The notes below the pieces were generated by a model, which searched no databases, was not told the DNA's origin, and was given only the letters and a program-made list of their open reading frames with translations. From a virus (Duplodnaviria > Caudoviricetes), in IMG/VR virus record IMGVR_UViG_3300049171_000049, positions 1-29,501 of that record: a stretch of 29,501 nucleotides of DNA; one strand, given 5' to 3'. Shown piece by piece: positions 25,771-29,501 of the stretch (position 1 is its first letter; each line of letters begins with the position of its first letter). The translations under genes and the position numbers were made by a program.

Positions 25771-25946
25771 CCCGCGCCGACGGGCCCGTCTGCGGCATCC
25801 CCGCGACGGCGCATGACGGGCCCGTCCGCCTCTACCCCGCCGGCTGGCTGTGCAGCGCGCACAGCCCGTGGCGGGCCCGGGGCCTACCCGAACCACCACC
25901 CGGACTCCCGGCCCCGACGAGGGCCGCACGAAAGGAACCCACCTGA
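25767..25946 (+). CDS. Small Cys/His-containing protein
   Basis: ATGA overlap; MTRADGPVCG...HDGPVRLYPAGWLCSAHSP... Confidence 0.55.
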   Translation: MTRADGPVCGIPATAHDGPVRLYPAGWLCSAHSPWRARGLPEPPPGLPAPTRAARKEPT

Positions 25947-26302
25947 TGGGCCGTCCCGCCATCACTGCCCCACCCGGCGTCCACCAGCAGGCCGCCCGCC
26001 TCTACACCCGAGGAACTTCGATCGCCGACGTCGCCCAACAGATCGGCTACTCGTACGAGGTCACCCGCCGCTTCCTCATCGAGGCCGGCGTCACCCTCCG
26101 CCACGGCGCCCCGATCCAGGCGTCCGAAGTTCAGCGCGGCTGGAACAACAGCGGCCGCGCGCCGTCCGGGCATCAGCCGTCGAAGCTCACGCCCAAGCAG
26201 CGGGACGAGATCCGGCAACGGCTGGTCGACGACGAGACGCCGCAGACCCTGGCAGCCGAGTACGGCGTCAGCGTCCACACGATCTACCGCTACCGCGCAT
26301 GA
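25946..26302 (+). CDS. Double-HTH DNA-binding protein
   Basis: AAGGA RBS; 'YTRGTSIADVAQQIGYSYEVTRRFLIEAGV' and 'TPQTLAAEYGVSVHTIYRY'. Confidence 0.75.
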   Translation: MGRPAITAPPGVHQQAARLYTRGTSIADVAQQIGYSYEVTRRFLIEAGVTLRHGAPIQASEVQRGWNNSGRAPSGHQPSKLTPKQRDEIRQRLVDDETPQTLAAEYGVSVHTIYRYRA

Positions 26303-26379
26303 CCTGCCCCCGCTGCGGCGCGCCCGTCCCGCCGAACGCCGGCCACTGCCGCGCCTGCACGGCACCCATCGGCCACTGA
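26299..26379 (+). CDS. 26-aa zinc-ribbon peptide
   Basis: ATGA overlap; MTCPRCGAPVPPNAGHCRACTAPIGH. Confidence 0.45.
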   Translation: MTCPRCGAPVPPNAGHCRACTAPIGH

Positions 26380-26394
26380 CTCAGGAGACACGAC

Positions 26395-26721
26395 ATGGGC
26401 CTCTACCACTCCGTCGCTCTCGCGTACGGCTTCGAGATCCCCGCCGACACCGACCTCGACCAGCTCGACCAGGTCATCGGCGACGGGCCCGACCTGCTCA
26501 AGGACAGCGTCGGCCAGATCGTCATCGGCGACTTCGACCAGCTGCTCCTCGTCACCCGCTACACGCCGACCCCGGAGAACACCGTCGTCCGGCTCACCGC
26601 CGACATGGCGACGGCCCCGGAGCTGACCGCCTGGGACGCCGCGCTGCACGACACCGCGGTCCGCCTCGGCCACGTCGACCACCCGGCCCCGGCCTGGCTG
26701 CTCATCCACAACTACCGCTGA
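26395..26721 (+). CDS. Hypothetical protein
   Basis: AGGAG RBS, 108 aa. Confidence 0.7.
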   Translation: MGLYHSVALAYGFEIPADTDLDQLDQVIGDGPDLLKDSVGQIVIGDFDQLLLVTRYTPTPENTVVRLTADMATAPELTAWDAALHDTAVRLGHVDHPAPAWLLIHNYR

Positions 26722-26737
26722 CCGACCACACGACGAA

Positions 26738-26761
26738 GGCCCCGCACACCGGTGCGGGGCC
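26738..26761. terminator. Stem-loop between convergent genes
   Basis: GGCCCCGCAC-ACCG-GTGCGGGGCC. Confidence 0.65.
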
Positions 26762-26789
26762 AGGAGACCAGAGAGGGGAGGGGTCCGTG

Positions 26790-27038
26790 TCAGGACTCGG
26801 CGATGTTCCGGGCCGCGTCGATGTCGCGGGCGTCCTTGGGCTCGACCAGCACACGTTGCTCGCCTATGGCCTCCAGTGCCCGCTCGTAGAAGTCCATGCC
26901 GACCAGGACAGCGACGCGCTTGCCACGGCTGGTCAGCACGGTCGTCTCGTCGAAGTAGCGGGCCCGCTCGATCGCGTCAGCGAGCGAGTTGCGGAAGTCC
27001 GCGATCTTCTCCTGGTGCTCCTTCTTGGGCGCGGTCAT
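26790..27038 (-). CDS. Phd/YefM-family antitoxin-like DNA-binding protein (orphan)
   Basis: 'IADFRNSLADAIERA...TTVLTSRGKRVAVLVGMDFYE'. Leaderless, with TACACT 6 nt before ATG 27038. Confidence 0.8.
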   Translation of the reverse strand: MTAPKKEHQEKIADFRNSLADAIERARYFDETTVLTSRGKRVAVLVGMDFYERALEAIGEQRVLVEPKDARDIDAARNIAES

Positions 27039-27059
27039 GCCGGGAGTGTACCTCATGAT

Positions 27060-27102
27060 CTTCATGTACATCATCGCGATGCACGCTATGATGTACATGA
27101 AG
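27060..27102. promoter_or_regulatory. 15-bp inverted repeat operator with TGTACA cores overlapping a TATGAT -10
   Basis: CTTCATGTACATCAT (27060-27074) / ATGATGTACATGAAG (27088-27102); TATGAT at 27087-27092. Confidence 0.75.
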
Positions 27103-27149
27103 TGGCTGGGGTGAAACCCCGCCCAGAGGACCGAAACGAGAGCCCCCTC

Positions 27150-27713
27150 ATGCCCTTCTACTACTGGGTCACGGACACGCGGTTTGGGTCAGGCGTTGCC
27201 AAGGCCATAGCTCGTCGGATCGACGCAAGTGCCGGCGCGTGCCAGGCGTGGCGCCTCGACTACGAGGAGATGGCGCGCGATCTCGAATTCAGCGCCGCCG
27301 AGATCCGCCACGCGGTCGCGCTGATGATCGCCAACGGCCACGCGCGTATCGAGCACAACGCGCCCGGCCTCGACGGCGCGTGGCTCCTACTGCTCACCCC
27401 TGAGCGCCTCGCGGACGAGGCCGCCCGAGCCGAGAAGGAGCGACAGAAGGCCGAAGCGCGCGCCGCCAAGATCGCGCTACGCGGGGGACGGACGAACCGG
27501 GCGCCCATCCCAGCGGAAGTCCGCGCCGCTGTGTTCGACCGAGACGACCACGCATGCGCGCAGTGCCACGCCGTGGACGACCTGACCCTCGACCACATCT
27601 ACCCGTGGTCCCTCGGCGGCCCGGACACGACGGACAACCTCCGCGTCCTCTGCCGTCCGTGCAACAGCCGCAAAGGCGACCGCATAGGCCACGCCCAGCA
27701 ACGCCGCTCCTGA
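27150..27713 (+). CDS. HNH endonuclease with N-terminal wHTH-like region
   Basis: 'VFDRDDHACAQC....LTLDHIYPWSLGGPDTTDNLRVLCRPCNSRKG'; likely start ATG 27150. Confidence 0.88.
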   Translation: MPFYYWVTDTRFGSGVAKAIARRIDASAGACQAWRLDYEEMARDLEFSAAEIRHAVALMIANGHARIEHNAPGLDGAWLLLLTPERLADEAARAEKERQKAEARAAKIALRGGRTNRAPIPAEVRAAVFDRDDHACAQCHAVDDLTLDHIYPWSLGGPDTTDNLRVLCRPCNSRKGDRIGHAQQRRS

Positions 27714-27738
27714 CCAGCACCAACGAAAGAAGGCCCCG

Positions 27739-28551
27739 TTGAGCCTCGACGCGCAGGACTGGGTGTGGAACCACTCCCAGTCGAAGGGCACCGCCCGCCT
27801 GGTGCTGCTGGCGATCGCCGACAAGGCGTACGGCAAGGACTGCTCGGCATACGCCGGCACGACCATGCTCGTCCAGCGCAGCAACGCGGCCCGGTCCTCC
27901 GTCGTCGCGGCCGTCGACAAGCTCATCGAGTCCGGCGAACTCGCCGTCGTCAAGGGCCAGCAGGGCCCCCGCGGCGAAACCGTCTACACCCTCCCGAAAG
28001 CGAAGCGTCACCGCAGGTCAACCCACGAAGGGGGTCCGGAATCCGGACCGGTACAGAATCCGGACCGGTCCGAAAACCGGACCGGTACAGAATCCGGACC
28101 GGGGGGGTCCGAAAACCGGACCGGTGGGGGTCCGGATTCCGGACCCCATAACGCAGAAGGAACGCAAGCACCACAAGAAGAAGACTCTTCTTCGCCTGCG
28201 GCTCAGGCAGACGAGCCGAGCGAGCAGCTGCACCTCGAAGCCTTCGGCGCCTTCTGGACCGTCTACCCCAAGAAGCGCGACCGCGAGGCTGCCAAGAAGG
28301 CCTGGATCGCCGCCATCAAGCGCGGCGCCCCGCCGCAGCACATGGTCGACCGCGCCCAGGCCTACGCCCGTGAGCGCTTCGGCCAGGACCCCAAGTACAC
28401 GAAGTACCCGGCCACCTGGCTCAACAAGGGCTGCTACGACGACGAGCCCGACCCCCAACCCGGCCCTCAACTCCGCGCGGTCTCCGGCGGCTACACGCCC
28501 TGGAAGAACCCGGCCAACCAAGACGCCTACGACGAACCCTTCTTCGACTAG
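27739..28551 (+). CDS. Phage replication initiator (N-terminal wHTH, internal iterons)
   Basis: 'ARLVLLAIAD' N-terminus, repeat linker, and C-terminal 'FWTVYPKK..REAAKKAW...YPATWLN'; upstream of a DnaC-like gene. Confidence 0.85.
   Translation: MSLDAQDWVWNHSQSKGTARLVLLAIADKAYGKDCSAYAGTTMLVQRSNAARSSVVAAVDKLIESGELAVVKGQQGPRGETVYTLPKAKRHRRSTHEGGPESGPVQNPDRSENRTGTESGPGGSENRTGGGPDSGPHNAEGTQAPQEEDSSSPAAQADEPSEQLHLEAFGAFWTVYPKKRDREAAKKAWIAAIKRGAPPQHMVDRAQAYARERFGQDPKYTKYPATWLNKGCYDDEPDPQPGPQLRAVSGGYTPWKNPANQDAYDEPFFD
28034..28146. repeat. Six 17-bp iteron-like repeats (putative replication origin)
   Basis: Units resembling GTCCGGAATCCGGACCG start at 28034, 28051, 28068, 28085, 28107 and 28130. Confidence 0.85.
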
Positions 28552-28559
28552 GACCCGCC

Positions 28560-29258
28560 ATGGACCACATGACCCGCATCAACCTCACCGGCTGGGACGA
28601 CACCCTCACCGCGCACGGCCTCACCCCCGACCAGATCAACAACATCACCGGCGACCCGTACGACCGCTGGACGGTCGCCCGCAAGGAGATCGCCCACGCC
28701 ACCGAGCACGTCCCGTTCATCTACCGCCGGGCGCTCCCCGACCACCCCGACGTCAAGGCCTGGGCCGACAGCCTGATCACCGCGTCCCGCGGCCAGTCCG
28801 CCGGGCGCGTCACCACCAGCGTCGGCCGCCACCGCAGCCTCCTCCTCCTCGGCCCGACCGGCACCGGCAAAACCCACCAGGCATACGGCGCGCTCCGCTA
28901 CCTCGCCCCCACCGGCATCAACTGGCGCTGGACCGCCACCAGCTCAGCCGACCTCTACGCCGCCCTCCGGCCCCGCGCCGGCGTCGACTCCGAAACCGAG
29001 TTCCGGAAGTACGCGCACGCCCGGCTTCTCGTCCTCGACGACCTCGGCGCCGCCAAGTCCTCCGAGTGGGTCGAAGAGATCAACTTCCGGCTCATCAACC
29101 ACCGGTACGAGAACCAGCTGCCGACGATCCTCACGTCGAACGTCCTCCCGAAGGAGCTCATCGAGCGGGTCGGCGACCGCGTCTCCTCTCGCCTGATCGA
29201 GATGTGCGACCGCATCACCATCAAGGGCGGCGACCGACGCAAGCAGGCCGCCGCATGA
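28560..29258 (+). CDS. DnaC/IstB-like AAA+ helicase loader
   Basis: Walker A GPTGTGKT, Walker B LLVLDDLG, 'INHRYE..LPTILTSN', 'RVSSRL.EM', 'GGDRR'. Confidence 0.92.
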   Translation: MDHMTRINLTGWDDTLTAHGLTPDQINNITGDPYDRWTVARKEIAHATEHVPFIYRRALPDHPDVKAWADSLITASRGQSAGRVTTSVGRHRSLLLLGPTGTGKTHQAYGALRYLAPTGINWRWTATSSADLYAALRPRAGVDSETEFRKYAHARLLVLDDLGAAKSSEWVEEINFRLINHRYENQLPTILTSNVLPKELIERVGDRVSSRLIEMCDRITIKGGDRRKQAAA

Positions 29259-29501
29259 AGGCCGGCCTCGCCGCCCTGGCGCTCCTCGCTACCGGCTACG
29301 CCGTCGGCCGGTACCGGCCCGTCCACCGCGCCCTCGACTGGGCCAACTGGCAGAAGTACTGCCGCCCCACCGGCCTCCGCTACGCCGCCGTCTTCGTCCT
29401 GCTGTCCGCCGAGAACCTCACATGGCTGCTCACCCACCCCGTCCAGGGCTGGCATGCCTGGCAGCACCGCAACGACCCGCCACCGCCCCGCAGCCCCGCA
29501 C
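29255..29501 (+). CDS. Hypothetical membrane-associated protein (3'-truncated)
   Basis: ATGA overlap; MKAGLAALALLATGYAVGRYRP... is open to the window end. Confidence 0.55.
   Translation, partial: MKAGLAALALLATGYAVGRYRPVHRALDWANWQKYCRPTGLRYAAVFVLLSAENLTWLLTHPVQGWHAWQHRNDPPPPRSPA

Noticed and set aside
28034-28146. Repeats as a CRISPR array
   Set aside because: Units abut without unique spacers, lie inside a CDS, and no cas genes are present.

Overview
A 29.5-kb, high-GC segment of a temperate actinobacteriophage, most likely a Streptomyces siphovirus (host inferred from composition, WhiB and protein families). From left to right it carries tail genes (5'-truncated tape measure, a 1280-aa modular tail protein, minor tail proteins) and a lysis cassette (amidase endolysin plus three small membrane proteins). 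An accessory regulatory block follows, with a large XRE-HTH regulator, Cys-rich small proteins, a GRDP-like protein and a small XRE. Next come a hairpin-rich non-coding region, an apparently intact attP, a tyrosine integrase and a repressor/Cro/Xis-like switch. The early region encodes Bet/RecT, a DEDDh exonuclease, a Holliday-junction resolvase, a C5 DNA methyltransferase, a WhiB fusion, an orphan Phd/YefM, an HNH protein, a replication initiator with internal iterons and a DnaC-like loader. Phage genes on both sides of attP/int indicate the excised or virion arrangement rather than an integrated prophage. The most notable items are a possible Acb2/Tad1-like sponge inside the lysis cassette and an XRE-controlled operon with operator, RBS-masking hairpin and bldA-type TTA codon. 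Also notable are a repeat-flanked XRE plus structured-RNA cassette beside attP, and an orphan Phd with TGTACA operators over the replication promoter. All family calls are from motif recognition by eye; no searches were run.
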